DNA from: Diadema antillarum
Lineage: Eukaryota
DNA length: 64,000 nt
Reading direction: 5' to 3'
Assembly: GCF_040938485.1 (NCBI RefSeq)
Contig: NW_027271737.1
Location: 930,001 to 994,000 of the forward strand
Position numbers and translations under genes: made by a program. The number at the start of each line of letters is the position of its first letter. Position 1 is the first letter of the stretch. Shown here piece after piece: positions 23,635-36,528 of this stretch. The notes under the pieces were generated by a model that made no database searches, was not told the origin of the DNA, and worked only from the letters and a program-made list of their open reading frames with translations.

Positions 23635-26600
23635 ACCTGTGCATTGTGGTTGCTTATACCCCGTTTACAGTGCGGGGCTGGACCGAGTCGGGCCGGGCGA
23701 GCACGGCCTCAATTATCACGGTACTCGGCCGCGCAATTCTGTTTGATTTACAGTGGAGGGCTCAGCCCGGGCTTTTAATAAAACTTTTAATATTTGTCAT
23801 AGTGGCGCTCTGCTTGTACACAAACGATTATTTGGTACCGCATTATGCCCAGTTTCCTTTTACAGAGAGAAAAGGCCAGACTGCTTCCAGACCTTGGCCA
23901 AATGCGCGGCCATATGTTGAACCGCATTTGGCCATTTTTAAGGGTTTCCAGCGAAAGGAAGGCCAGGCTGAGCCCGATCTTTTCACTCACTGTAAACGGG
24001 GCCTAGGTTAATATGCTGGAGAGGCGTGTTACTTACTGCACATTATCTCATTGATAATTAAACAGAATTCACCACGACCAAGACACGAACAGAAGCAACA
24101 ACCAGACCGGGAACCGAAAGAGCAACAACTGTCATTGAACAAACTACTGCAACTCCTGAATCAACAACTACAACTCAGACAACTGTTACATCAACCACTA
24201 GTGCAAGGCAGGAATCTACAACGCCAGGTACTTTTTTACTTGCGTTTTTCTAGGACTCCTGTCCCCAGATTCGAAACCGGAAGGATTTCATTTATTACTA
24301 GAGGACAGTTGGACAATTTTTCGCGTTAACGTAACCTGATCTTCCTCTACATTCTGCCTAAATGTATTCAGGAAGCAAGTCAGTTTCCTACACTGAACAA
24401 ATGACTGAATACAAATGGTACTATCTCTGAATAAGTTGCACGTGTCATGTTTGCTGAACAAATGTACGCTTCATACTCGTCGTCATCGAGGTTATACCTA
24501 TCTACATTCAACTTTCCAACTTTACCAGGTGCTTGTAGGGAACCACTGGATGGTGTGGATCTTTATACTAATTTGCAAGTTTTACTGGATAACGAACGTG
24601 TTACTGTTCACGCTAATAGCGAATCACCTAAAAAGACAGATTTTGACAATCACAATAGGTGATACGCTGATACCGTATCACCTATAGCGTACACATTCTG
24701 CAACGTGCGTTTCTCACCTTGGATTTCCGATTCATTTTTGTTTCATTAATCAGCAACGGGCATGGAAACAACAGTAGTTACAACCGTTGTAACTACAACA
24801 GTACCTACCACCACGTCGAAACCCACAACAGTCACTGAAGCTACCACCACAGCTGTTACCACAACAACTCCGATGGGTACTACTAGGATGGAGGAGACCA
24901 CAACTCTTTCTACTACTACTACTCCTGCTCAGACTACAGCAATGGGTAAAGCCTTGTTCTTTTTTTTTTCTCTCTCTCTCTGGCAAATGAACTTTCTTTA
25001 TAAATTAATATCGTAAGTTAACACTTCCCTTCTATCCCAATTTAAGGCATGGAATTTAGTTGAGAATAATGTTCTAAATTGACTACTGGTGGCACTTTAA
25101 GACTTAGGAGATTGTCATCGCTACAATACAATACATTGTTATGTATCCCCAAAACAACATTTGCACCAACAATTCTAAAGTGGTAGTAGTGGAGACAACT
25201 GCTACTCAGTCGACCATCACATATACCACTTGAGCAACTGAGCAACCAACAACAGCACCAGGTAATTTCCATTCCATTCTAATATGATTCATGTCCCATT
25301 AAACATCAACGGTAGTGGAACGCTATGGTATGGCCAAAATATTTTACCCAATAACTGAGACGAACGATTGACCATTCTTTTCAGAATGCTACGAGCCACA
25401 AGAGCCATTGCAAGAAGTCACTACCTTGACATACGAAGCCAGTTTCAGTCAGCCTACTACTATCAGAGGAATAAAACTACCTGCCAGCAGCTTCCCTACA
25501 ATGACTACAGTAGTATTCAGGATCAAACGCGCCGAAGGAGATGAATGGATTATTGTTCCTGCACAGAGCACAGAATCAGGATCTGGTGACTTCTCCGGTT
25601 CAGGATCGGGAGAGTCAGAGAATCAGGTAAATCCTAAATAGACAAGTATTCCCTTGTTCTACACAAAACATACATTACCACTTCTTGTATTAATACGTTA
25701 TAAATGAAATGGGCGGTATTTCGCCTGTATCTTCTATTAACCCTTTATGTGCTTTGAGTGTTGATTTCCACGTACAACACTAAAGCATTGTTTACGATAT
25801 CCAACAACAGTGGATGATGATAGAGAAAGGCTTCACAATATCATCTATCTTCAATCTTCAGTGTACCAGTCCTACATGTAAAATTTCTACAGTTCATCTA
25901 CTCTGATTCCTCATACTAATACTTTTTATCTTTCTTAGAAAAGCATAATTATGTGACCCCTTTATTGTAGTCGTATTTCAAACATATTTGATTTTCCAGA
26001 TTGACATTTGCATTTTCTGAAAGTTGTTTGGTCCAGATATCAAATAGAAAAGTTGTACTAATGCACTGATTAATTTCGTTGTATTCTTCATAGGGAGAAG
26101 TGACGTTTTCTTTGAGTGACTCTGCTCCAACTAACCTCTGGCTTCCATCCGAATTGGGGCCTGTGCGAGCTATCGAAGCAAGCTTTGGAGATGCACTTAA
26201 TCTGGGAAATGAAATCGATGTCTACGGCTGTCAGGGTAGGTGCACTTAAACCGACTTATTCACAAACAGCACTCTTGTGTGGAAAAGTTCTTTTCAGTTC
26301 AAACCGAAAAATCTCGTTCACGAATAGAATTCAATCAGTTCTATCTAACGTGTCTGTCGTGATCCCCTTAGATGTTCTTATTACGCAGAAAAGGTATATG
26401 CTAAGATTTATTTCTAATCATTTGATTCTTTCTCCATTTATAGATTATAAGACACATTGTATTCCCTCCGTGCTCTATGAACTGTATAATCAGTGAACTT
26501 ACAGCATTATAAGTTGTTAGCTATTCCAATATCAATTCCCTTAAAACTGAGAGCATTTTCAGTTGTTAGCTATGGCCAGATCAATTTCATTAAAAAGGTT

Positions 26601-29600
26601 CCTATGGATTTATTTTCCCCTTTGTTTGTATATTACCGCAGGACCCACTCTGGCTCCAACCACGAGAGGTACCTCTCCCCCAGGTAATACATTCCATTTT
26701 TATAAAAATATTAGGTTTCCTCGGTTTGGTCAAATACCTTGAAACATTAAATAAGTAAAAAAAAAAAAATATCTCTTTTAAAGCTCAAGACCACAGCGAA
26801 GCGCCAAACGCTGCAATCTCATTTTTTCCTCCCTCAACATCTAAAGCGATGACACTGTTTTTTTTTTTTTAAATACACTTGAAATCATCATTTTAGTCAA
26901 GAAAAGAAGGAAAATTGTCTTTTAAGATATATTTCATACTTCAACTCTGTCTAATACGACTGTATTCGATCCAAAAGTAGAATGTTCTCATTTGTTTCTT
27001 TCTCTCAACATTTACAGAAACGACAACTCTGGGTCAGTCAGGTAGGTCTAAGTCTCCATTGTATTTCTAACCTTTTTGAATTAACATGTAGTAAAAAAAG
27101 AAAATCAGATATCACTAAATGATAATTGCTTTAAGATCAAACTGGTTTCGACTATTCTTCGCTATAAGTCTTCTCTTTAAAAACAAAAGTCTCTCAACTG
27201 TCAAAAACACTGAGTGAAAGATACATGTGTGTCGTTTTCTCCTTTTTTACAGAAGTTACAACAACAAGGACGCGAACGCGAGCGACGACTACTGCTCCAG
27301 GAACCGAGCAAACAACAGCAGTAGTAGAGGAAACTACTGCCACTCCTGAAGCAACAACTACAACTCAGACAACTGTTACATCGACCACAACAGCACGACA
27401 GGAATCTACAACGCCAGGTAACTTCTCACTTCCATTTTTCCAAGACTCGTGTCCGAAGACGTAAAACCTGAATTATGTCATGTAAAACTAGAAGGCGGTC
27501 ACTCAACTCTTTCGTGTTAGCGTAACCTCTTCCTTCATCTTCATTCTGCTTGATGGTATCCAGCAACCAAGTTTGCTTAACTAAACGAATGACTAAAATG
27601 CATATGTTAATATCTCTTTCAATGACTTTAACGTGTTACTGTTCACTTAACAATATTGTACCCTACAAATTCGTCGTCACGCCCGTCTACATCCAAGACA
27701 TTTCTTTTACTTACCAGCTGCTTGCAGAAAACCACTGGATGGCGTGGATCTTGATACTAAATTGGAAGTTTTACTTGACAACAATAAAACCAACCTTTGG
27801 AGCGAACCTACTTCAGAGAGGACAGTGAAGGTCACTGTCAAATCAGTCGATGACACCTCAGACCTGACGATTAAGATATCAGCTGTCAGCATAAGCACAA
27901 CCAATGGTTCACCTCCCGATAGCGTTACAATTGGTGTCCTCTCGTCCAGCGATGGACCTGTTGAACGCGAATTTACAGCTCAACCCGGAGACGATCAGAC
28001 TCAAGGAATGTACGAGCTTCGAAACTTGACTGGTTTGAATGAAGTTTATTTCGAAATCACTCTTCCTGACGACTACAACGTGGCAGATTCGGAATTGACG
28101 GTGACATTCAGAGGATGTATTGAAACAGGTAATTTCATTTCTTTATGCGCTGAAGAAGTCCTCATTCATCTCTTTTGTTCTTGTATATGATCTATACATT
28201 TCTCCCACTAAATTTAACCACTACCTGCTGATATTGCAACAGCATATCAACTTTGGAATTTTGTGTGATCACAAAAAGATGATTGGCAGGTTATTGATTT
28301 GGTAAATTTATGTCTATACATTTTTCACCCATTACTCCTGCACTTTAATTCTTTTTTCTAATTAATCAGTCCTCATCCATCTCTTTTGATCGTGTAATGA
28401 TCCATTCATATATAACCGGTAACTGCTGATATTCCAACAACACATCAACTTCAGAATTTTAAGTAATCACAAAGAAAAAAAAAAGATAATTGGCATGTTA
28501 TTGCTTTGGTAGGTTTATGTCCATATATTTCTTGCTGATTATTCTGGTACTTTATGACAGTGCACTCAACTTATCAGCAACAATTTCACACTACACTACA
28601 CTACGATTCATTATTGTTTCATTAATCAGCAACGGGCATGGAAACAACAGTAGTTACAACCGTTGTAACTACAACTGTACCTACCACCACGTCGAAACCC
28701 ACAACAGTCACTGAAGCTACCACCACAGCTGTTACCACAACAACTCCGATGGGTACTACTAGGATGGAGGAGACCACAACTCTTTCTACTACTACTACTC
28801 CTGCTCAGACTACAGCAATGGGTAAAGCCTTGTTCTTTTCTCTCTCTCCCTCTCTCTCTCTCTCTGGCAAATGAACTTTCTTTATAAATTAATATCGTAA
28901 GTTAACACTTCCCTTCTATCCCAATTTAAGGCATGGAATTTAGTTGAGAATAATGTTCTAAATTGACTACTGGTGGCATTTTAAGACTTGGGAGATTGTC
29001 ATCGCTACAATACAATACATTGTTATGTATTCCAAAACAACATTTGCACCAACAACTAAAGTGGTAGTAGTGGAGACAACTGCTACTCAGTCGACCATCA
29101 CATATACCACTTGAGCAACTGAGCAACCAACAACAGCACCAGGTAATTTCCATTCCATTCTAATACCATTCATGTCCCATTAGTATAATCATCAACGGTA
29201 GTGGAACGCTATGGTATGGCCAAAATATTTTACCCAATAACTGAGACGAACGATTGACCATTCTTTTCAGAATGCTACGAGCCACAAGAGCCATTGCAAG
29301 AAGTCACTGCCTTGACATACGAAGCCAGCTTCAGTCAGCCTACTACTATCAGAGGAATCAAACTACCTGCCAGCAGCTTCCCTACAATGACTACAGTAGT
29401 ATTCAGGATCAAACGCGCCGAAGGAGATGAATGGATTATTGTTCCTGCACAGAGCACAGAATCAGGATCTGGTGACTTCTCCGGTTCAGGATCGGGAGAG
29501 TCAGAGAGTCAGGTAAATCCTAAATAGACAAGTATTCCCTTGTTCTACACAGAACATACATTACCACTTCTTGTATTAATACGTTATAAAAGGAAAATGG

Positions 29601-32600
29601 GCGGTATTTCGCCTGTATCTTCTATTAACCCTTTATGTGCTTTGAGTGTTGATTTGCACGTACAACCCTAAAGCACTGTATCGATATCCAACGACCACGA
29701 ATGATAGAGAAATGCTTAACACTATCCTTTATCTTCAGTGTACCAGTCCTAGCTGTCAAATCTCTACTTATCATCTTCTCTGATTCATCGTACTAAAACT
29801 TGTTATCTTTCTTGGAAAAACATTATTATGTCACCCCTTTATTGCAGTCGTATTTCAAACATATTTGATTTTCCGGATTTGCATTTGCATTTTCTGAACA
29901 TTGTTTGGTCCAGACATCAAATTGGAAAGTTGTACTAATGCATTGATTAATTTCTTTGTATTCTTCATAGGGCGAAGTGACGTTTTCTTTGAGTGACTCT
30001 GCTCCAACGAACCTCTGGCTTCCATCCGAATTGGGGCCTGTGCGAGCTATCGAAGCAACCTTTGGAGAAGCACTTAATCTGGGAAATGAAATCGAGGTCT
30101 ACGGCTGTCAGGGTAGGTGCACTTTAAGCGACTTATTCAAAAACAACACTCTTATGTGGACAAGTTCTTGTGAGTTCAAACGGAAAATTCTCGTTCACGA
30201 TTAAAATTCAAACAGTTCTATCTAACGTGTCTCTCGTAATCCTTAAAAGTTCTAGTTACGCAGAAAAGGAATATACTATGATTTATTTCTAATCATTTGA
30301 TTCTTTATCCATGTATAGATTATAAGACACATTGCATTCACTCCGTGCGCTATGAGCGGTATAATAAGTGAACTTACAGCATTTTAAGTTGTTAGTTATG
30401 GCCAGATCAATTTCATTAAAAAGTTTCCTATGGATTTATTTTCCCCTTTGTTTGTATATTACCGCAGAACCCACTCCGGCTCCAACCACGAGAGGTACCT
30501 CTCCCCCAGGTAATACATTGTATTTTTATAGAAATATTAGGTTTTCTCGGTTTGGTCAAATACCATGAAACATTGAATAAGTAAAAAAAATAATAATATT
30601 TCTTTTAAAGCTCAATACCACAGCGAAGCGCCAAACGCTGCAATCTCATTTTTTTTCCTCAACATCTAAAGCGATGACACTGTTTTTTTTTTTTCAAAAT
30701 ACACTTGAAATCATCATCTAAGTCAAGGAAAGAAGGAAAATTGTCTTTGAAGATATAATTATTTCATATTTCACCACTGTCTAATACGACTGTATTCGAT
30801 CCAGAAGGAGAATGTTCTCATTTGTTTCTTTCTCTCAACATTTACAGAAACGACAACTCTGGGTCAGTCAGGTAGGTCTACGTCTCCATTGTATTTCTAA
30901 CCTTTTTGAATTAACATGTACCAAAAAAAGAAAATCAGATATCACTAAATGATAATTGCTTTAAGATCAAACTGGTTTCGACTATTCTTCGCCATAAGTC
31001 TTCTCTTTAAAAACAAAAGTCTCCCAACTGTCAAAAACACTGAGTGAAAGATACATGTGTGTCGTTTTCTCCTTTTTCACAGAAGTGACAACAAGGACGC
31101 GAACGCGAGCGACAACGACTACTGCTCCAGGAACCGAGCAAACAACAGCAGTAGTAGAGGAAACTACTGCCACTCCTGAAGCAACAACTACAACTCAGAC
31201 AACTGTTACATCGACCACAACAGCACGACAGGAATCTACAACGCCAGGTAACTTCTCACTTCCATTTTTCCAAGACTCGTGTCCGAAGACGTAAAACCTG
31301 AATTATGTCATGTAAAACTAGAAGGCGGTCACTCAACTCTTTCGTGTTAGCGTAACCTCTTCCTTCATCTTCATTCTGCTTGATGGTATCCAGCAACCAA
31401 GTTTGCTTAACTAAACGAATGACTAAAATGCATATGTTAATATCTCTTTCAATGACTTTAACGTGTTACTGTTCACTTAACAATATTGTACCCTACAAAT
31501 TCGTCGTCACGCCCGTCTACATCCAAGACATTTCTTTTATTTACCAGCTGCTTGCAGAAAACCACTGGATGGCGTGGATCTTGATACTAAATTGGAAGTT
31601 TTACTTGACAACAATAAAACCAACCTTTGGAGCGAACCTACTTCAGAGAGGACAGTGAAGGTCACTGTCAAATCAGTCGATGACACCTCAGACCTGACGA
31701 TTAAGATATCAGCTGTCAGCATAAGCACAACCAATGGTTCACCTCCCGATAGCGTTACAATTGGTGTCCTCTCGTCCAGCGATGGACCTGTTGAACGCGA
31801 ATTTACAGCTCAACCCGGAGACGATCAGACTCAAGGAATGTACGAGCTTCGAAACTTGACTGGTTTGAATGAAGTTTATTTCGAAATCACTCTTCCTGAC
31901 GACTACAACGTGGCAGATTCGGAATTGACGGTGACATTCAGAGGATGTATTGAAACAGGTAATTTCATTTCTTTATGCGCTGAAGAAGTCCTCATTCATC
32001 TCTTTTGTTCTTGTATATGATCTATACATTTCTCCCACTAAATTTAACCACTACCTGCTGATATTGCAACAGCATATCAACTTTGGAATTTTGTGTGATC
32101 ACAAAAAGATGATTGGCAGGTTATTGATTTGGTAAATTTATGTCTATACATTTTTCACCCATTACTCCTGCACTTTAATTCTTTTTTCTAATTAATCAGT
32201 CCTCATCCATCTCTTTTGATCGTGTAATGATCCATTCATATATAACCGGTAACTGCTGATATTCCAACAACACATCAACTTCAGAATTTTAAGTCATCAC
32301 AAAGAAAAAAAAAGATAATTGGCATGTTATTGCTTTGGTAGGTTTATGTCCATATATTTCTTGCTGATTATTCTGGTACTTTATAACAGTGCACTCAACT
32401 TATCAGCAACAATTTCACACTACACTACACTACGATTCATTATTGTTTCATTAATCAGCAACGGGCATGGAAACAACAGTAGTTACAACCGTTGTAACTA
32501 CAACTGTACCTACCACCACGTCGAAACCCACAACAGTCACTGAAGCTACCACCACAGCTGTTACCACAACAACTCCGATGGGTACTACTAGGATGGAGGA

Positions 32601-32663
32601 GACCACAACTCTTTCTACTACTACTACTCCTGCTCAGACTACAGCAATGGGTAAAGCCTTGTT

Positions 32664-32698
<35 letters not shown>

Positions 32699-35600
32699 CA
32701 AATGAACTTTCTTTATAAATTAATATCGTAAGTTAACACTTCCCTTCTATCCCAATTTAAGGCATGGAATTTAGTTGAGAATAATGTTCTAAATTGACTA
32801 CTGGTGGCATTTTAAGACTTAGGAGATTGTCATCGCTACAATACAATACATTGTTATGTATTCCAAAACAACATTTGCACCAACAACTAAAGTGGTAGTA
32901 GTGGAGACAACTGCTACTCAGACGACCATCACATATACCACTTGAGCAACTGAGCAACCAACAACAGCACCAGGTAATTTCCATTCCATTCTAATACGAT
33001 TCATGTCCCATTAGTATAAACATCAACGGTAGTGGAACGCTATGGTATGGCCAAAATATTTTACCAAATAACTGAGACGAACGATTGACCATTCTTTTCA
33101 GAATGCTACGAGCCACAAGAGCCATTGCAAGAAGTCACTGCCTTGACATACGAAGCCAGCTTCAGTCAGCCTACTACTATCAGAGGAATCAAACTACCTG
33201 CCAGCAGCTTCCCTACAATGACTACAGTAGTATTCAGGATCAAACGCGCCGAAGGAGATGAATGGATTATTGTTCCTGCACAGAGCACAGAATCAGGATC
33301 TGGTGACTTCTCCGGTTCAGGATCGGGAGAGTCAGAGAGTCAGGTAAATCCTAAATAGACAAGTATTCCCTTGTTCTACACAGAACATACATTACCACTT
33401 CTTGTATTAATACGTTATAAAAGGAAAATGGGCGGTATTTCGCCTGTATCTTCTATTAACCCTTTATGTGCTTTGAGTGTTGATTTGCACGTACAACCCT
33501 CAAGCACTGTATCGATATCCAACGACCATGAATGATAGAGAAATGCTTAACAATATCCTTTATCTTCAGTGTACCAGTCCTAGCTGTCAAATCTCTACTT
33601 ATCATCTTCTCTGATTCATCGTACTAAAACTTGTTATCTTTCTTGGAAAAACATTATTATGTCACCCCTTTATTGCAGTCGTATTTCAAACATATTTGAT
33701 TTTCCGAATTTGCATTTGCATTTTCTGAACATTGTTTGGTCCAGACATCAAATTGGAAAGTTGTACTAATGCATTGATTAATTTCTTTGTATTCTTCATA
33801 GGGCGAAGTGACGTTTTCTTTGAGTGACTCTGCTCCAACGAACCTCTGGCTTCCATCCGAATTGGGGCCTGTGCGAGCTATCGAAGCAACCTTTGGAGAA
33901 GCACTTAATCTAGGAAATGAAATCGAGGTCTACGGCTGTCAGGGTAGGTGCACTTTAAGCGACTTATTCAAAAACAACACTCTTATGTGGACAAGTTCTT
34001 GTGAGTTCAAACGGAAAATTCTCGTTCACGATTAAAATTCAAACAGTTCTATCTAACGTGTCTCTCGTAATCCTTAAAAGTTCTAGTTACGCAGAAAAGG
34101 AATATACTATGATTTATTTCTAATCATTTGATTCTTTATCCATGTATAGATTATAAGACACATTGCATTCACTCCGTGCGCTATGAGCGGTATAATAAGT
34201 GAACTTACAGCATTTTAAGTTGTTAGTTATGGCCAGATCAATTTCATTAAAAAGGTTCCTATGGATTTATTTTCCCCTTTGTTTGTATATTACCGCAGGA
34301 CCCACTCCGGCTCCAACCACGAGAGGTACCTCTCCCCCAGGTAATACATTGTATTTTTATAGAAATATTAGGTTTTCTCGGTTTGGTCAAATACCATGAA
34401 ACATTGAATAAGTAAAAAAAATAATAATATTTCTTTTAAAGCTCAATACCACAGCGAAGCGCCAAACGCTGCAATCTCATTTTTTTTCCTCAACATCTAA
34501 AGCGATGACACTGTTTTTTTTTTTCAAAATACACTTGAAATCATCATCTAAGTCAAGGAAAGAAGGAAAATTGTCTTTGAAGATATAATTATTTCATATT
34601 TCACCACTGTCTAATACGACTGTATTCGATCCAGAAGGAGAATGTTCTCATTTGTTTCTTTCTCTCAACATTTACAGAAACGACAACTCTGGGTCAGTCA
34701 GGTAGGTCTACGTCTCCATTGTATTTCTAACCTTTTTGAATTAACATGTACCAAAAAAAGAAAATCAGATATCACTAAATGATAATTGCTTTAAGATCAA
34801 ACTGGTTTCGACTATTCTTCGCCATAAGTCTTCTCTTTAAAAACAAAAGTCTCCCAACTGTCAAAAACACTGAGTGAAAGATACATGTGTGTCGTTTTCT
34901 CCTTTTTCACAGAAGTGACAACAAGGACGCGAACGCGAGCGACAACGACTACTGCTCCAGGAACCGAGCAAACAACAGCAGTAGTAGAGGAAACTACTGC
35001 CACTCCTGAAGCAACAACTACAACTCAGACAACTGTTACATCGACCACAACAGCACGACAGGAATCTACAACGCCAGGTAACTTCTCACTTCCATTTTTC
35101 CAAGACTCGTGTCCGAAGACGTAAAACCTGAATTATGTCATGTAAAACTAGAAGGCGGTCACTCAACTCTTTCGTGTTAGCGTAACCTCTTCCTTCATCT
35201 TCATTCTGCTTGATGGTATCCAGCAACCAAGTTTGCTTAACTAAACGAATGACTAAAATGCATATGTTAATATCTCTTTCAATGACTTTAACGTGTTACT
35301 GTTCACTTAACAATATTGTACCCTACAAATTCGTCGTCACGCCCGTCTACATCCAAGACATTTCTTTTATTTACCAGCTGCTTGCAGAAAACCACTGGAT
35401 GGCGTGGATCTTGATACTAAATTGGAAGTTTTACTTGACAACAATAAAACCAACCTTTGGAGCGAACCTACTTCAGAGAGGACAGTGAAGGTCACTGTCA
35501 AATCAGTCGATGACACCTCAGACCTGACGATTAAGATATCAGCTGTCAGCATAAGCACAACCAATGGTTCACCTCCCGATAGCGTTACAATTGGTGTCCT

Positions 35601-36493
35601 CTCGTCCAGCGATGGACCTGTTGAACGCGAATTTACAGCTCAACCCGGAGACGATCAGACTCAAGGAATGTACGAGCTTCGAAACTTGACTGGTTTGAAT
35701 GAAGTTTATTTCGAAATCACTCTTCCTGACGACTACAACGTGGCAGATTCGGAATTGACGGTGACATTCAGAGGATGTATTGAAACAGGTAATTTCATTT
35801 CTTTATGCGCTGAAGAAGTCCTCATTCATCTCTTTTGTTCTTGTATATGATCTATACATTTCTCCCACTAAATTTAACCACTACCTGCTGATATTGCAAC
35901 AGCATATCAACTTTGGAATTTTGTGTGATCACAAAAAGATGATTGGCAGGTTATTGATTTGGTAAATTTATGTCTATACATTTTTCACCCATTACTCCTG
36001 CACTTTAATTCTTTTTTCTAATTAATCAGTCCTCATCCATCTCTTTTGATCGTGTAATGATCCATTCATATATAACCGGTAACTGCTGATATTCCAACAA
36101 CACATCAACTTCAGAATTTTAAGTCATCACAAAGAAAAAAAAAGATAATTGGCATGTTATTGCTTTGGTAGGTTTATGTCCATATATTTCTTGCTGATTA
36201 TTCTGGTACTTTATAACAGTGCACTCAACTTATCAGCAACAATTTCACACTACACTACACTACGATTCATTATTGTTTCATTAATCAGCAACGGGCATGG
36301 AAACAACAGTAGTTACAACCGTTGTAACTACAACTGTACCTACCACCACGTCGAAACCCACAACAGTCACTGAAGCTACCACCACAGCTGTTACCACAAC
36401 AACTCCGATGGGTACTACTAGGATGGAGGAGACCACAACTCTTTCTACTACTACTACTCCTGCTCAGACTACAGCAATGGGTAAAGCCTTGTT

Positions 36494-36528
<35 letters not shown>

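Larger units (their letters stand above)
23450..27717 (+). repeat. Decayed 5' edge unit (U0) of the intragenic tandem array
   Basis: Exons H-like 23450-23473, A-like 24066-24227, broken B 24529-24658, C 24754-24945, D 25181-25261, E 25385-25626, F 26094-26235, G 26642-26683, H 27018-27041, A 27253-27417. Confidence 0.85.

Noticed and set aside
25231-25233. Selenocysteine interpretation of the recurrent TGA
   Set aside because: PTS context is not a redox site, no SECIS can be evaluated in the window, and exon skipping or an alternative acceptor is simpler
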